DNA of 64,000 nt from an uncultured Armatimonadetes bacterium (GTDB taxonomy: Bacteria; Armatimonadota; UBA5829; DTJY01), in the NCBI GenBank assembly GCA_963717145.1, contig OY970325.1, positions 1,568,001 to 1,632,000 of the forward strand, given 5' to 3'. The stretch's first letter is position 1. Each line of letters starts with the position of its first letter. Under the pieces are notes generated by a model. That model was not told the origin of the DNA, did no database searches, and was given only the letters and a program-made list of their open reading frames with translations. A program made the translations under genes and the position numbers. This document shows, piece after piece, positions 30,517 to 42,701 of this stretch.

Positions 30517-32187
30517 CTACTTCACGATCGCGCCGGTACCGGCGGAAGTGACGTTCCGCGCATATCGCGCCAGATAGCCGGTCTTCACTTTCGGCTCCGG
30601 CGGCTTCCATGACTCGCGCCGCTCGTCCAACTCCTCGTCGGAGAGCCGGACGTTCAGCGTCTTGCCGGGTATGTCCATATCGATGATATCACCGTCGCGG
30701 ATCAGGGCGATGTTCCCGCCCTCCGCCGCCTCAGGCGACACGTGCCCGATCGAACCGCCTCTCGACGCGCCGGAGAACCGTCCGTCGGTGATCAGCGCGA
30801 CGTCCTTGTCCAGGCCCATGCCGACGACCGTCGCCGTCGGAGTAAGCATCTCCCGCATGCCGGGACCGCCCCTCGGACCCTCGTAGCGAATCACGATCAC
30901 CGCGCCCTTCTCGATTCGTTCGCCCTGAGCGCTTCCATCGCGTCGTCCTCGCAGTCGAAGACCTGCGCCTGGCCCTGAAAACTCCAGCACTTCCTCGGCG
31001 ACGGCCGACTGCTTCACGACCGCTCCGTCCTGGGCAAAGTTGCCTCTCAGGATCGCGAGGCCACCCTCCGCGTGGTACGGATTGTCCACCGAGCGAATCA
31101 CGTCCGGGCGATGGATCTCCCTGCCCTCGATGTTCTCGCCTGACGGTCTTGCCGGTCACGGTGATCGCATCCGGGTTCTCCATCAGGCCATGCTTCATCA
31201 GTTCGTTCATGACCGCCGGCACGCCGCCCGCCTCGTCGCAGGTCCTGAATGTGGTGCGATGCCGCCCGGGCTCAGGCTGCACGAGATGCGGCGTCTTGCC
31301 GCTCATCTCGTTGAACTTGTCGAGGTTCAGCTCGATACCCGCCTCGTGTGCAATCGCCGGCACGTGCAGGACGGTGTTCGTCGAGCAGCCCAGCGCCATA
31401 TCGACCGCCAGCGCGTTCTCGAACGCGTCGTGTGTCATGATGTCGCGCGGCTTGATGCCCTTCTCGAGAAGCTCCATGATCGCCATGCCGGCGTGCTTCG
31501 CCAGGCGGATCGCGTGCGCCGGTGACAGCGGGAATCGTGCCGTTGCCGGGCAGTCCCATGCCGAGCGCCTCGGTCAGGCAGTTCATCGAGTTGGCCGTGA
31601 ACATGCCCGCGCAGGATCCGCATCCGGGACACGCGGCCTCCTCCATCTCCGCAAGCTCATCCTCGGTCATCTTGCCGGCCAACGACGGCGCCGATGCCCT
31701 TCGAACATCTGGGTGAGCGATATGTCCCTGCCCCTTGTATCGGCCGGCCATCATCGGCCCGCCGCTGATCACGTATCGTCGGGATATTCACCCGCGCCGC
31801 CGCCATCAGCATGCCGGGGATGATCTTGTCGCAGTTCGGGACTCAGCACCAGCGCGTCGAACGCGTGCGCCTTCGCCATCGTCTCGATGGAATCGGCGAT
31901 CAGCTCGCGCGTGCCAGCGAGTACTTCATCCCCTCGTGGCCCATCGCGATGCCGTCGCAGACCCCGATCACGCCGAACTCGATCGGAGTGCCGCCGGCCA
32001 TCCGGACGCCGGCCTTCACGGCCTCGGTGATCTTGTCCAGGTGCATGTGGCCGGGGATGATCTCGTTCCACGAGTTGGCGATCCCGATCAGCGGCCGGCG
32101 CATCTCCTCGTCCGTGTAGCCCATCGCCTTGAACAGCGACCTGTGCGGCGCGCGCTCCAGACCCTTTTTGACAACGTCACTTCTCAT
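30517..32187 (-). CDS. ilvD: Dihydroxy-acid dehydratase (frameshifted in this sequence)
   Basis: [62 protein letters not shown]. Confidence 0.9.
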
Positions 32188-32281
32188 GAACAAACCTCCG
32201 GATTGGAGTGGTGGAGTGTTGGGGCATTGGACCCCATTACTCCACCACTCCATTGCTCCATTCGCCCGTCACTCCACTTAC

Positions 32282-32545
32282 GAAAAAACCCCTCATCCCC
32301 CTAGGGACGAGAGGCCATTCCTCACGCGGTACCACCCTAATGGACCGAGCGTCGATATTGCGCATACGGTCCTCTCAAGGGCGGGATAACGGCCGCCGGC
32401 CGGGAAAACCTAATAGTCCCGCTGCTGGGACGTTCAGCTTCCTGCTCCAAGGTGAGATTCAGCGGAAACCCGCGCTGCCTCGCACCGACCGGCAGCTCTC
32501 TGAAACGGCCTGATTCCGCCTACTAGCCTCTTCACAGCATGTGCT
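32282..32545 (-). ncRNA. T-box leader riboswitch, predicted Leu (CUC) specifier, with intrinsic terminator
   Basis: Minus strand: Stem I with AGTA, CAGAGAG, GGTGCGA and GAAT-CTC-A (CTC at 32454-32456); T-box AGGGTGGTACCGCG; terminator ending GAGGGGTTTTTT. Confidence 0.92.
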
Positions 32546-32561
32546 AGCTGGAATTTTTGGT

Positions 32562-32591
32562 ATCATAACACAACTCATCCGAATACGTCAA
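32562..32591 (-). promoter_or_regulatory. Sigma70-type promoter for the T-box/ilv-leu operon
   Basis: TTGACG-N18-TATGAT with an extended TG. Confidence 0.65.
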
Positions 32592-32733
32592 GTTTTTCCA
32601 CACCGACTGCGTAGGAGGGGTCTTGCGGCGTCTTGATCCTCCCCTGGAGGAAGTTAAGCCATGCTGATGTGCCATCAAACAAACAACCTGCGTACTCCCG
32701 GATCGCCACGATCTCGCACAGCCACCGACAAGG

Positions 32734-32761
32734 TTGACAGGCCAGATACGCAGTGTATAAT
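32734..32761 (+). promoter_or_regulatory. Consensus sigma70 promoter for the ankyrin gene
   Basis: TTGACA-N16-TATAAT; ATG follows 6 nt later. Confidence 0.7.
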
Positions 32762-32767
32762 GGGCAT

Positions 32768-34322
32768 ATGGTGAGCCGATCTATGAGCAAGAGACAGTAC
32801 GCCACCTGCGCGCTCGCGGCGGCCGCCCTCATCTTCATCGTGGGCTGCGGGACGCAGAGAGATGCGCTCCTGAAGGCGATCAAGGCCAACGACACGGCTA
32901 CGGTCAAGGTACTGCTCGCACGGCGTCCAGGTCTTGCCAACATTCAGGACAAGGATGGGTACACGCCCCTGCACCATGCCACAGGGAAGGGCAACGAGGC
33001 GATGGTGCGGCTGCTCGTCGCCGCCGGCGCGGATGTAAACGCAGAGTCCGTTGACGGCGTGACCCCGATGCTGAATGCAGCTTGCCTGCCGAAGGCTGCC
33101 GGTTACAAGACAGCCCTGTTCCTGATAGAAAGTGGGGCCGACGTATCCGCGAGAGACAAAGGCGGTGCCGACGCGCTCCATTACGCGGTTGCCGGCGGTT
33201 CGTTGGGATTGGTGAAACTGCTGATCGAGCGCGGAATCGATCCGAACCGGACTGACAAACAAGGATTCACCCCTTTGCGCGTTGCGATCTGCGGAATAGA
33301 CCATCCTATGGTCGCGTTTCTCTCCGCACACGGAGCCAAGCCGCTCAGCATCCAAGACGCAGGCGCCATAGGCGACATCAAATACATCCAGGCCGCGCTC
33401 GAAGAAGAACCCCCGAGACGTCGATTCTCATGACCGGGATGGCAGCACCGCGCTGCACCTCGCGGCAATGATGGGTCAACTCGAAGCGGTGGAATACCTG
33501 ATCTCCAAAGGAGCGAGTGTGGATCGGGGCGACCGGAACGGTCTCACCGCTCTGCACTACGCCACTTATGACAGGCGAGCAACCGTCGCTGAGGTGCTGC
33601 TTCAACACGGAGCAGATCCCAACCGGCTGACTGGTGCAGGCTCTTCTCCCCTGATCTACGCTGCATCAGATGGCGCTTCGGATGTCGTGCGCGTTCTCCT
33701 GGCGCACAAGGCAGACACCAGCCTGCCCGACGGGGACGGATGGTATGCGCTCCACCATGCGGCGAGCGGCGGCCACGAAGCCGTCGTCAAGATGCTGCTG
33801 GACCATGGGGCGGATGTCAGTCCGCGTGAGGCCAAGAAGCAGTACACCCCCCTGCACACGGCAGCATATAGCGGACACACAGGCACCGTGCGCCTTCTTC
33901 TTGACAACGGAGCCGATCCGAACGCCGCCGCCGAACGAGGTTGGACCGCGCTGGCCTGCGCGGCATGGGAGCACCAAGTGGGTGCGGGCAGGCTGCTGCT
34001 CGCCCGTAAGTGCAACGTAAACGCCAGGGATAGTGACGGGCGCACCCCTCTGCACATCGCAGCCGGCGGCAATGCCGCACCGTTTGTCGAACTGCTGATC
34101 TCCTACGGAGCGGACGTGACCGCTAAGGACAACTATGGCGAAACTCCACTACACAGTGCGGCGGAAGAGGGCGCAACAGACGCCGCAGAGGCGTTGCTCA
34201 GAAACGGCGCCGACATCAACGCAAGAGACTCCACTGGGGAGACACCTCACGCTCTGGCCCTCCTCAGCGGCAAGACAGCCATGATGAAACTGCTTGCCAA
34301 GCATGGAGGCAAGCTTCTCTAG
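32768..34322 (+). CDS. Ankyrin-repeat lipoprotein (split by a frameshift near 33400-33415)
   Basis: Lipobox-like FIVGC; many TPLH..A repeats; the second frame reads DVDSHDRDGSTALHLAAMMGQ into ORF 33468. Confidence 0.85.
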
Positions 34323-34330
34323 GCCCGTTA

Positions 34331-35263
34331 CTACGGCGTAACCGCCTGCCGGATCGCCATCAGCTTCTCCTCGGGCGTGTCGGTCGGGACGGCACATCCA
34401 CACGTGAGGATGAAGCCGTCAGCCCCCGCCTCCGCGATCGACGATCGGCCCTGGCTGAGCACTTGGTCCGCCGTCATCTCCGCGATGCCGACCTCGTCGA
34501 TGCCGCCTGCGATGCAGCCCTGGTGGATTCCGCGCGCCTCCGAGAGACTCGGGGGAGTCAGCCGGTTGCTCCATTCGAGCACATGGTTCGGGAGGTCGTG
34601 CAGGAGGTTGAACATGATGTCCGTGCCGTGGATATGCAGCACGTTGAACGGCCCGTACGCCATCGCCGCATCGAGGATCATGTAGTCGAGCGGCTTGAAG
34701 ATGCCCCCGTATTCCTCCTCGGTCATGGTCGTCGTCTGCGCTCCGTCGAGCGCGTAATATATGCCGTCGCCACCTTCCTGGATCCATGCCTGGCAGTAGT
34801 CCATCAGCGACACAGTGATCGCCCGGAGCGCCCGCACGACTCCCTGCGGATTCGCCCGGTAGTGCTCCATGAACTTCTTGCCGCAAATCTTCCCGGCGGC
34901 GTGATGAGGGTTGAACACCGTGTCGATAATCGGAACGTCAGGGCCGAGTTCGCGCCGCATGATCTTGAGAGCCTCGAGTTGGTGGGCGAAGTTGCCCTCC
35001 CTCGGGTTGAGCGGCTGAATCTTATTCCAGTCCTGAGGATCCTCGATCTCGGTCATCCCATCGGGCAGATCGAGGGGAAGATCGTGCATCACCTTCAGGA
35101 AATCGAGGTCATACTTGCGATAGAACTCGATCTCGGCGTCCGCGAGCGGCTGCCCGGACGGGAAGTCGAGCGCGAAGTGGTACCAGAAGCTCACCGGCAC
35201 GCGGTCGGCGCGCATGCATTGGACGGCGGCCATGACTCGGTCGCGTTTGCGTGTATCAGGCAT
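34331..35263 (-). CDS. Uroporphyrinogen decarboxylase (URO-D)/CIMS-like family protein
   Basis: DRVPVSFWYHF, LHIHG, AGGID, FILTCGCAVP. Confidence 0.8.
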   Translation of the reverse strand: MPDTRKRDRVMAAVQCMRADRVPVSFWYHFALDFPSGQPLADAEIEFYRKYDLDFLKVMHDLPLDLPDGMTEIEDPQDWNKIQPLNPREGNFAHQLEALKIMRRELGPDVPIIDTVFNPHHAAGKICGKKFMEHYRANPQGVVRALRAITVSLMDYCQAWIQEGGDGIYYALDGAQTTTMTEEEYGGIFKPLDYMILDAAMAYGPFNVLHIHGTDIMFNLLHDLPNHVLEWSNRLTPPSLSEARGIHQGCIAGGIDEVGIAEMTADQVLSQGRSSIAEAGADGFILTCGCAVPTDTPEEKLMAIRQAVTP

Positions 35264-35385
35264 GAGAATCCTCCTCTTCGGTAGACCGGCGGGATGTTCT
35301 TCCCCGCCCTGGGACCACGCTGTAGGGGCGTGCCTTGTGCCGCCGTGACCGCCTGCCGGGCGGCACAAGGCACGCCCCTACAGCG

Positions 35386-36803
35386 TCATTGATCGGTTTC
35401 CGGGACCGGGGCTGCGCCGTAGATCGCGTGGGGAGCGCCTACCCGGACCGCCCAGGCGCTGTCTCCGTACGAGTAGTGCCACCACTCCCCCGGATAGCTG
35501 CTGAATCCGGCGGCGAGCATGACATCGGCGAGCATCTGTCGGTTCTTCGCCGCTTGCGGAGTCGCCAGCCTGCTATACAGCGGCAGCGCGAGCATACCGC
35601 TCTTTTCGCCGCTCCCGCGGCACGACTTCATATCCAACTCCTCGCCGTCCGGGCCGAGGATCGTCAGATCGACGGCGGCGCCCGTGGTGTGACCGGGAGG
35701 ATGCTTGGCATCCGGTGGCGCGAGGAACTTGTTCGCCTCGCGTCGGAGCTGGCTCTTCGGCCACTCGGGATGCTGCTCCATCAGCCGGCCCATGAACTCC
35801 TCGTAGATCCTACGCTGATGCTCCATCGTGCGGAGGATCATCCTGACCTTCAGCTTATACCCCTCCGGAAGGAGTCCGTTCGCCTTCCGAAGCATTTCGA
35901 CGACCGTCTTCCGTCCCCAGGTAGGCCTGTCACGCAGCTCGATCTCGGGCACGTATACCGCGAGATCGACGAGCGGCTCACCGTTCTCGCGAACAGGTAT
36001 CCCATCGATCGCCGACACAGGCTCAGGGCGCGGATTGCTGAACGCCGTGTGCGGCTTACGGGCGACGATCACTATCGCGCCGGAATGCAGCTTTCGGAAC
36101 GGCTCGGCTGGATAGCCTCCGTAGAGTTCCATTCCCTCGAACCCGACCGCCTTGAGATGCGAGACGAGCAGGTCGCTCGTCAGCGCGCGCTGAGGGATCG
36201 CGTGCACGTGCATCTGCCAACCCTCGGAGTCCTTCACCATGACCACCAGGTTGAAAGTCAGAGTGTCCCCGTGGAAATCGAAGAACCGCTGAAATAGATA
36301 CTCCCTGCCCTGTGCCTTCCGGGCGGCGAGTGGCATGAATCGCTCCTGCTTGCCGACGATCTGGTCGTAGTTGTTGTTCTGGATGATGACGACTCCGCCG
36401 GGAAGCAAAACGTCGTGCATGGACTTAAGCGACGCATCGAGTTCCTCGTCGGAGAGCACGTGAGGGAGCGAATTGCCGAGACAGGTCACAGCGTCGAACA
36501 TGCCGCCGACCTTGTCGAGTTCGGTGAAACCGGCCCTGATGAACTCGATCGCTCGGTCGCCGGCATTCTCCCTGACTTCCTCACCATTGCCGGACTGGAA
36601 TCCGCCCCGACGACGTGGTAGCCCCAGTCATCGAAGGCGATGGCATGCTTACCGGTGCCGCACGCCGTGTCGAGAATCCGACTGGCGTTGTACTCCCTGA
36701 ATACGCGGGCGAAGAAGGCCCGTTCGCGCTTCAGGCGCTCCTTCCACGAGATCAGCAGGTCATAGTATGCGGCTACGGAGTCGTATGGTTCTTTGGTAGT
36801 CAT
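35386..36803 (-). CDS. Class I SAM methyltransferase fused to an M15D/VanX-like D-Ala-D-Ala dipeptidase domain (frameshifted near 36550-36605)
   Basis: ILDTACGTGKH and FDAVTCLGNSLPH; C-terminal half has PPGHTTGAAVDLT and EWWHYSYG. Confidence 0.8.
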
Positions 36804-36907
36804 CAGTTCTCAGTTCTCAGTCATCAGTAATCAGTGATCGGTCTTGGCGTTCTCGGCGTCTGGGCGGTTCCTTTTCCATTCCGCAATCCGCATTCCGCAT
36901 TCGCCAT

Positions 36908-37744
36908 TCAGTCCGGCCATTCGCCCTCGAAGACGATCCTTGCCGGCCCGGATGCCGTGATGTCCCGATGCTCCGGCCACTCGACCCGCAGTACCCCACC
37001 GGGCGACCGTACGGACGCCGATGTACCTGCAAGCCCGTGGAGGTTCGCCGCCACCAGCGCCGCACATGCGCCCGATCCGCACCCGAGCGTCGGCCCAACG
37101 CCCCTCTCCCACGTGCGAATCAGGAGCGACTCGGGCGACTCGACATGGCACCAGGTCACGTTGATCCGCTCAGGGAAGAGCGGGTGTTTCTCGATCTCGG
37201 CGCTGACCGGCGGGATCGTCTCCCAGAAATCCGAAACGTCCGCGAAGATCACCGCGTGCGGCGTCCCGACGAGTACGCAGTTGGCGGTGTACATCCCGCC
37301 ATCGACATTCACCTGGACGCTCAGGCCGTCCTCTGCCGGAACGGCAACCGGAATGTCATCAGCTCGGGTGCTGGGCGTGCCCATGTTCACGCTCGCGCAG
37401 CAGGCGTCCTCCTCATTGACCACTACCTCGGCACTGACGATGCCCGACATGGCCTCGAAGCTGATCGAACGCTTGCCGACCAGACCCCTCTCGAACACAA
37501 ATACTGCGCCGCACCGCATGCCGTTGCCACAGACATCCTCGGTGCCATCAGGATTCCACATGCGGAATCGGAAGTCCGCCGACTCCGACCGCGACATCAC
37601 GAGCAGGCCGTCCGAGCCGACGCCGAAGTGGTGCGCGCACATCTCCAGGGCCAGCGCCGACCAGTCCATCTCAGGCAGGTCCCGCGCGTCAATCAGCACA
37701 AAGTGGTTGCCGATCGCCTCGACTTTGGTGAAAGCAATAGCCAT
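36908..37744 (-). CDS. dapF: Diaminopimelate epimerase
   Basis: GVGSDG, NPDG..CGNG, GTPH, ERGVGPTLGCGSGAC. Confidence 0.93.
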   Translation of the reverse strand: MAIAFTKVEAIGNHFVLIDARDLPEMDWSALALEMCAHHFGVGSDGLLVMSRSESADFRFRMWNPDGTEDVCGNGMRCGAVFVFERGLVGKRSISFEAMSGIVSAEVVVNEEDACCASVNMGTPSTRADDIPVAVPAEDGLSVQVNVDGGMYTANCVLVGTPHAVIFADVSDFWETIPPVSAEIEKHPLFPERINVTWCHVESPESLLIRTWERGVGPTLGCGSGACAALVAANLHGLAGTSASVRSPGGVLRVEWPEHRDITASGPARIVFEGEWPD

Positions 37745-37811
37745 GTAGTGGCCGTGCCTCCGTGCCGGCCTTCTGTCACTATGGCCGGCACGGAGGCACG
37801 GCCAATACATG

Positions 37812-39902
37812 TTAAGCCTCGATCTCCTCGAACTGGAATTCGGCGGTCTCGGCCACCTGTTTGAACCAATTCATCTCCGGGTCTACCAGCATGAACCACC
37901 ACGCGGATGGACGATGGCCGGTGTACCTCAGACCTTTGCCGGTCAGGATGGCGTCCCTCACGAGCCATGCACGCGCCAGTTCGGCCTCATATTCGATGGC
38001 CTTGAGCATCTCTCGAGCGGCTACGATCTTGCCGCTCTTCTCCATACTCTGGACCGTCTCCTTCAGTTCCCGGCTCCGATTCTGAGCCTCGGTCGCCTCC
38101 GACCGCCTCTGGTCTATCCGCCGCTCGAGGTTGGCGCGCTCCATCTCGTGAGAAGCGATGCGCTTCTCGAGATCGTGTATCTGCGCCTCATCCGGTGAGT
38201 CCTGCCGGAGCTGCCAGATCTGATCGCGCAACGGCTTGATCGTGGTCCGAAAATGCTCGCCCTTCTCGGCCTCGAGCTGCTGGACTTCCTGCTTCAGTTG
38301 GTAGCTGAGGTCCTTGAGACGGATCGATTCTTCCTTCATCGGGACGGTGTGCTCGGAAAGGTCGCGGACGAGCACAGAGGTCCGCCGATACTCCTGAGCC
38401 CTGTCGCTCCACGACTCACCCTTGTAGCCTGCCAGGAACGCCACGAATTCCTCGGTGGTCGAGAACCCCCTGATCGTGTCGAGCAGCTTCTCCTGTGCAT
38501 CGGCCACGCTCCTCCAGGAGTCCGAGAACTCGACTGCAGTGATCTCCCCCTGGCCGAACGCCGATGCGAGGTGGCCGGGCAGTCTGAACGTCGCCTCCGT
38601 GGTCTTGAGCGCGTCCCAGGTACTGTATCCTATGCGGAGAATCGGGTGGAACTGCAGTCCAATCCCGCTCTGTTTCATCAGCCTGACCATCGTCCGGCAG
38701 CGAGGGATATACGCCGAACCCTCGAGGTTGAGAACGAACACGAACTCGCTTGCCATCATGAGCACGAGCGTCAAGGCCTTGCCAATCAGAGCAACCCCGA
38801 CCCCCAGGTGATCTTCCACCACTGCGGCAAGACTATCCAAGTCCTCGGGGCACGATGTGCATGGGATCCGGATCGGCTCGTCCGTATCGATCACGATCTC
38901 GCCGTCCCTCAGGCATACTGTCCCCCTACCCTTGCCCGGAATCACGATATCAAACGGGATTGCGCCTTCCGAGAACTTGTCGAGCGTATAGATATCCGAT
39001 CCGGCGACGGCTTGATCGTACGCCGCCTGACACGCGTCTCTGGTTCGCGGATCGAGAAAAGCACCCACCGGCCTGAACCTGGGAAGATGCGCGGTCGATC
39101 GGTTGAACGTGAACATCTCGAGGGATGACCCCAGTTCCAGGTTGCGCGGCTTGCGGCCAAGAAGGCGCTCGTAGAACATCGGCAGGAGGTCGCGGAACAT
39201 GCCGGCGACCGATGCATTCGGATTCGCGTCGGCATACTCTCTGACCTGCGCCAAAAGCTCGTCCGACACCCGAGACGCGCGCCTGGCATCCGGCTCCGAC
39301 AGTGACTCGATGCTCTCTCGAAGCCCCCAGGACAGCAGTTCGAGAAGATGGGGGAGAGCGTCGCGCAGTGGCACGCAGCACGAAACCTCGTTCCCGGAAT
39401 CGGCATGCACCAGCCCGCGCCAACCCCAGGCCTCGGTCGCGGTATCCACAAACGCCACCCGCCCGCCCGGGAAGTCCTTGCCCACCTTGTCGATCTGCAC
39501 GCCATGCTCGGTCAGCATCTCTCTGGTTGGAATGGTCTCGCTTCCAAACAGGCGCGAGATCTCCCCAGTCGCCACCCAGAGGTCGCGCGTGCTGCCATCG
39601 TTGTGCGGGAGGACAGCCCAGTCACTCTGAAGCGAAAGGGTCGTCGGGATCTTGGAGAAGTAGTCGGCATCGTGGATACCGATCACCATCGTTGTTTCCG
39701 GCAGCCGCTCATCGAGCACATGCCGAAGGATCGCCTTCATCGGCTCATCCCAGTAGACAGTCTGTCCCAGCGCGAGGAGCTTGACTCCCGCGAGTTCCGT
39801 TCTCAGGCGTGTTATGACAGGATCGAACTGCTCGTGCGACTTATCCATAGTTGACAGCGATTCGGATATCAGCGACGGGTGAGATGATAACATAGTCGGC
39901 AT
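37812..39902 (-). CDS. Hypothetical protein with a long C-terminal coiled coil
   Basis: 696-aa ORF with normal codon usage; start may be 39848. Confidence 0.75.
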   Translation of the reverse strand: MPTMLSSHPSLISESLSTMDKSHEQFDPVITRLRTELAGVKLLALGQTVYWDEPMKAILRHVLDERLPETTMVIGIHDADYFSKIPTTLSLQSDWAVLPHNDGSTRDLWVATGEISRLFGSETIPTREMLTEHGVQIDKVGKDFPGGRVAFVDTATEAWGWRGLVHADSGNEVSCCVPLRDALPHLLELLSWGLRESIESLSEPDARRASRVSDELLAQVREYADANPNASVAGMFRDLLPMFYERLLGRKPRNLELGSSLEMFTFNRSTAHLPRFRPVGAFLDPRTRDACQAAYDQAVAGSDIYTLDKFSEGAIPFDIVIPGKGRGTVCLRDGEIVIDTDEPIRIPCTSCPEDLDSLAAVVEDHLGVGVALIGKALTLVLMMASEFVFVLNLEGSAYIPRCRTMVRLMKQSGIGLQFHPILRIGYSTWDALKTTEATFRLPGHLASAFGQGEITAVEFSDSWRSVADAQEKLLDTIRGFSTTEEFVAFLAGYKGESWSDRAQEYRRTSVLVRDLSEHTVPMKEESIRLKDLSYQLKQEVQQLEAEKGEHFRTTIKPLRDQIWQLRQDSPDEAQIHDLEKRIASHEMERANLERRIDQRRSEATEAQNRSRELKETVQSMEKSGKIVAAREMLKAIEYEAELARAWLVRDAILTGKGLRYTGHRPSAWWFMLVDPEMNWFKQVAETAEFQFEEIEA

Positions 39903-39908
39903 CCTCGG

Positions 39909-40613
39909 TCAACGCTCCACCATCTGCGGTGTGAAATCCACGAGGTCCGCTGAGACCGCTTGGTACCTCACACCGTTTACCATTCCCTCCAACCAGGTCC
40001 CGATGCCGAGGTGAACATGCCCGTACACCAGGACATCGACCGACTGGCGCGAGAGCACCTCGGCGAACTCGTTCGGGCGGAGCTTCTCGTCAAACGGCGG
40101 GAAATGGAGCATCGCGATCCGAGTGCTCACGCTATCCGGGATCGAGCGCAGGCCGTTTTCGAGATAAGTCAGTTCGCGCTGAAATATGCGGGCCGACTGC
40201 TCCTCATCGACCAACTCCCCGCGCGCGTCCCAGTCCATGCGCCAGCCCCGCGTTCCTGTTATGCCCACAGAACCGATTACCACAGACGTCCCCTGCAGAA
40301 ACGTCAGGTTTCCATTTATCTCCCGCTGGATCTGTGAGGTCGCCTTCCGGTTCCACCAGTAGTCATGGTTGCCGCGAATCAGCAACTTCATGCCCGGGAG
40401 GTCGTCCACAAACTTCAGGTCCGGGCGCGCCTCTGAGAGTCGCATCGCCCACGAGAGGTCACCCGGCATCAGCACGACATCGTCCGGCCCGACGACACGC
40501 TCCCAGTTGGTACGTACCCGTTCCGCGTGGTTCTCCCACGCAGGGCCGAAGATATCCATCGGCTTCGGATTCGCTGACGAGAGATGCAGGTCGGAGATCG
40601 CGTAAATGCTCAT
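39909..40613 (-). CDS. Metallophosphoesterase (calcineurin-like)
   Basis: ISDLH, PGDLSWA, RGNHDYWW, YGHVH; TATAAT 9 nt before the ATG. Confidence 0.9.
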   Translation of the reverse strand: MSIYAISDLHLSSANPKPMDIFGPAWENHAERVRTNWERVVGPDDVVLMPGDLSWAMRLSEARPDLKFVDDLPGMKLLIRGNHDYWWNRKATSQIQREINGNLTFLQGTSVVIGSVGITGTRGWRMDWDARGELVDEEQSARIFQRELTYLENGLRSIPDSVSTRIAMLHFPPFDEKLRPNEFAEVLSRQSVDVLVYGHVHLGIGTWLEGMVNGVRYQAVSADLVDFTPQMVER

Positions 40614-40830
40614 GGTCAGTCGATTATACCCCAAACCGGCAAGTGACCGCGATTCGGCGACCTGCCGCTCCCCCACGCTGTAGGGGCGTGCCTTGTGCCG
40701 CCCGGTCTATTACCCGTCAGAGACATGGTTGTCACTTCGGGCGGCACAAGGCACGCCCCTACAGCGTGGGGGAGGGATCGGTCGATTGGCATGCGGGACG
40801 CGTTCGGGTATAATACCGGCGAGGTGCATT

Positions 40831-41574
40831 ATGAGCCAAGTTCAGATCATCGCGCACAGGGGCTACTCCGCGGCGGCCCCCGAGAATACACTGGCGGCGT
40901 TCCGCAAGGCCATCGAGCTTAAGCCTGGCATGATCGAATGCGACATCCGGCGCACGAAGGACGGCAAACTCGTCATCATCCACGACGCGACGCTCGAGCG
41001 GACGACGAACGGCAGCGGGAAGGTCGCGGATCACACACTTGAGGAGCTTCGGCAACTCGACGCAGGAAGCTGGTTCGCGCCGGAGTTCGCGGGCGAGAAG
41101 CTCCCGACGCTCGATGAGGCGATCGAGTGCATCAAGGGAAGCGGCGTCAAGCTGATCATCGAGATCAAGGAGCCCGGAACGGAGGATGACGTGGTCACGG
41201 CGCTCTACGATCATGGGATGCAGGATCAGTCGATGCTCTGCTCGTTCCACTACCAAGTCGGAGTGCGCATGCCCCAACTGGCACCCGAGATCATGTTCTC
41301 GCCGATCATCGCGCCAAAGGAGGAGGTCGGCCAGGACGAGGCGGTCGCGCTCGCGGATGAAGCGGCCACGGTGAACGGCTCGGTCTTCGCGGTACACTAC
41401 AAGGCGATCACCCCGGCGCTGGTGAAGGCGACTCACACGGCGAACATGCTGATGGAGGCCTGGACGGTCGATGACCCGGACGAGGTGCTCCGCCTGGCCG
41501 AGATGGGCGTCGATCTCATCGGCAGCAACAAGACCGCCCTCGCGATTGAGACACTCTCTGCAAGCCGGACGTAA
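40831..41574 (+). CDS. Glycerophosphodiester phosphodiesterase
   Basis: IAHRG, PENTL, IECD, IHD.TL.RTT, IEIK, WTVD. Confidence 0.93.
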   Translation: MSQVQIIAHRGYSAAAPENTLAAFRKAIELKPGMIECDIRRTKDGKLVIIHDATLERTTNGSGKVADHTLEELRQLDAGSWFAPEFAGEKLPTLDEAIECIKGSGVKLIIEIKEPGTEDDVVTALYDHGMQDQSMLCSFHYQVGVRMPQLAPEIMFSPIIAPKEEVGQDEAVALADEAATVNGSVFAVHYKAITPALVKATHTANMLMEAWTVDDPDEVLRLAEMGVDLIGSNKTALAIETLSASRT

Positions 41575-41581
41575 GCTCTGC

Positions 41582-41725
41582 GCCCCTCCTTACGAAGGAG
41601 GGGCCGGCCTCTGGGCCGGGGGAGGTTTCCTTGGCGATCTTGGCGTCTTGGCGGTTCCCCCTCTGCGGCCGAGCCGCCGGTAATACCCCCGCGGCCCAGA
41701 GGCCGGTCCCCCTTATCAAGGGGGA
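41582..41725. repeat. Inverted pair of CCCC.CGGCCCAGAGGCCGG(T)CCCC...AAGG element; another copy at about 50981-51020
   Basis: GGCCCAGAGGCCGGTCCCCCTT.TCAAGGGGGA is shared by both loci. Confidence 0.75.
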
Positions 41726-41839
41726 CATCTGTCTCCCCTCACCCTCTGCTCCCCCACTCCCATTCTCCCACACGCTCCATTGGCATCTCAGCCCTCCTCG
41801 TGCTATAATCTGAGCAGCAAACGATCTCAGGGGTACTCG

Positions 41840-42604
<765 letters not shown>

Positions 42605-42701
42605 ATCAGCGCTGTAGGGGCGTGCCTTGTGCCGCCCGGCTCGATACACCGTTGCGGGCGGCACAAGGCACGCCCCTACAGCGCTGGGTGAAGGAGAAGG
42701 A

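Noticed and set aside
33431-33433. TGA ending the first ankyrin ORF as possible Sec
   Set aside because: The downstream ankyrin ORF is in a different frame; this is a frameshift with no Cys-type context
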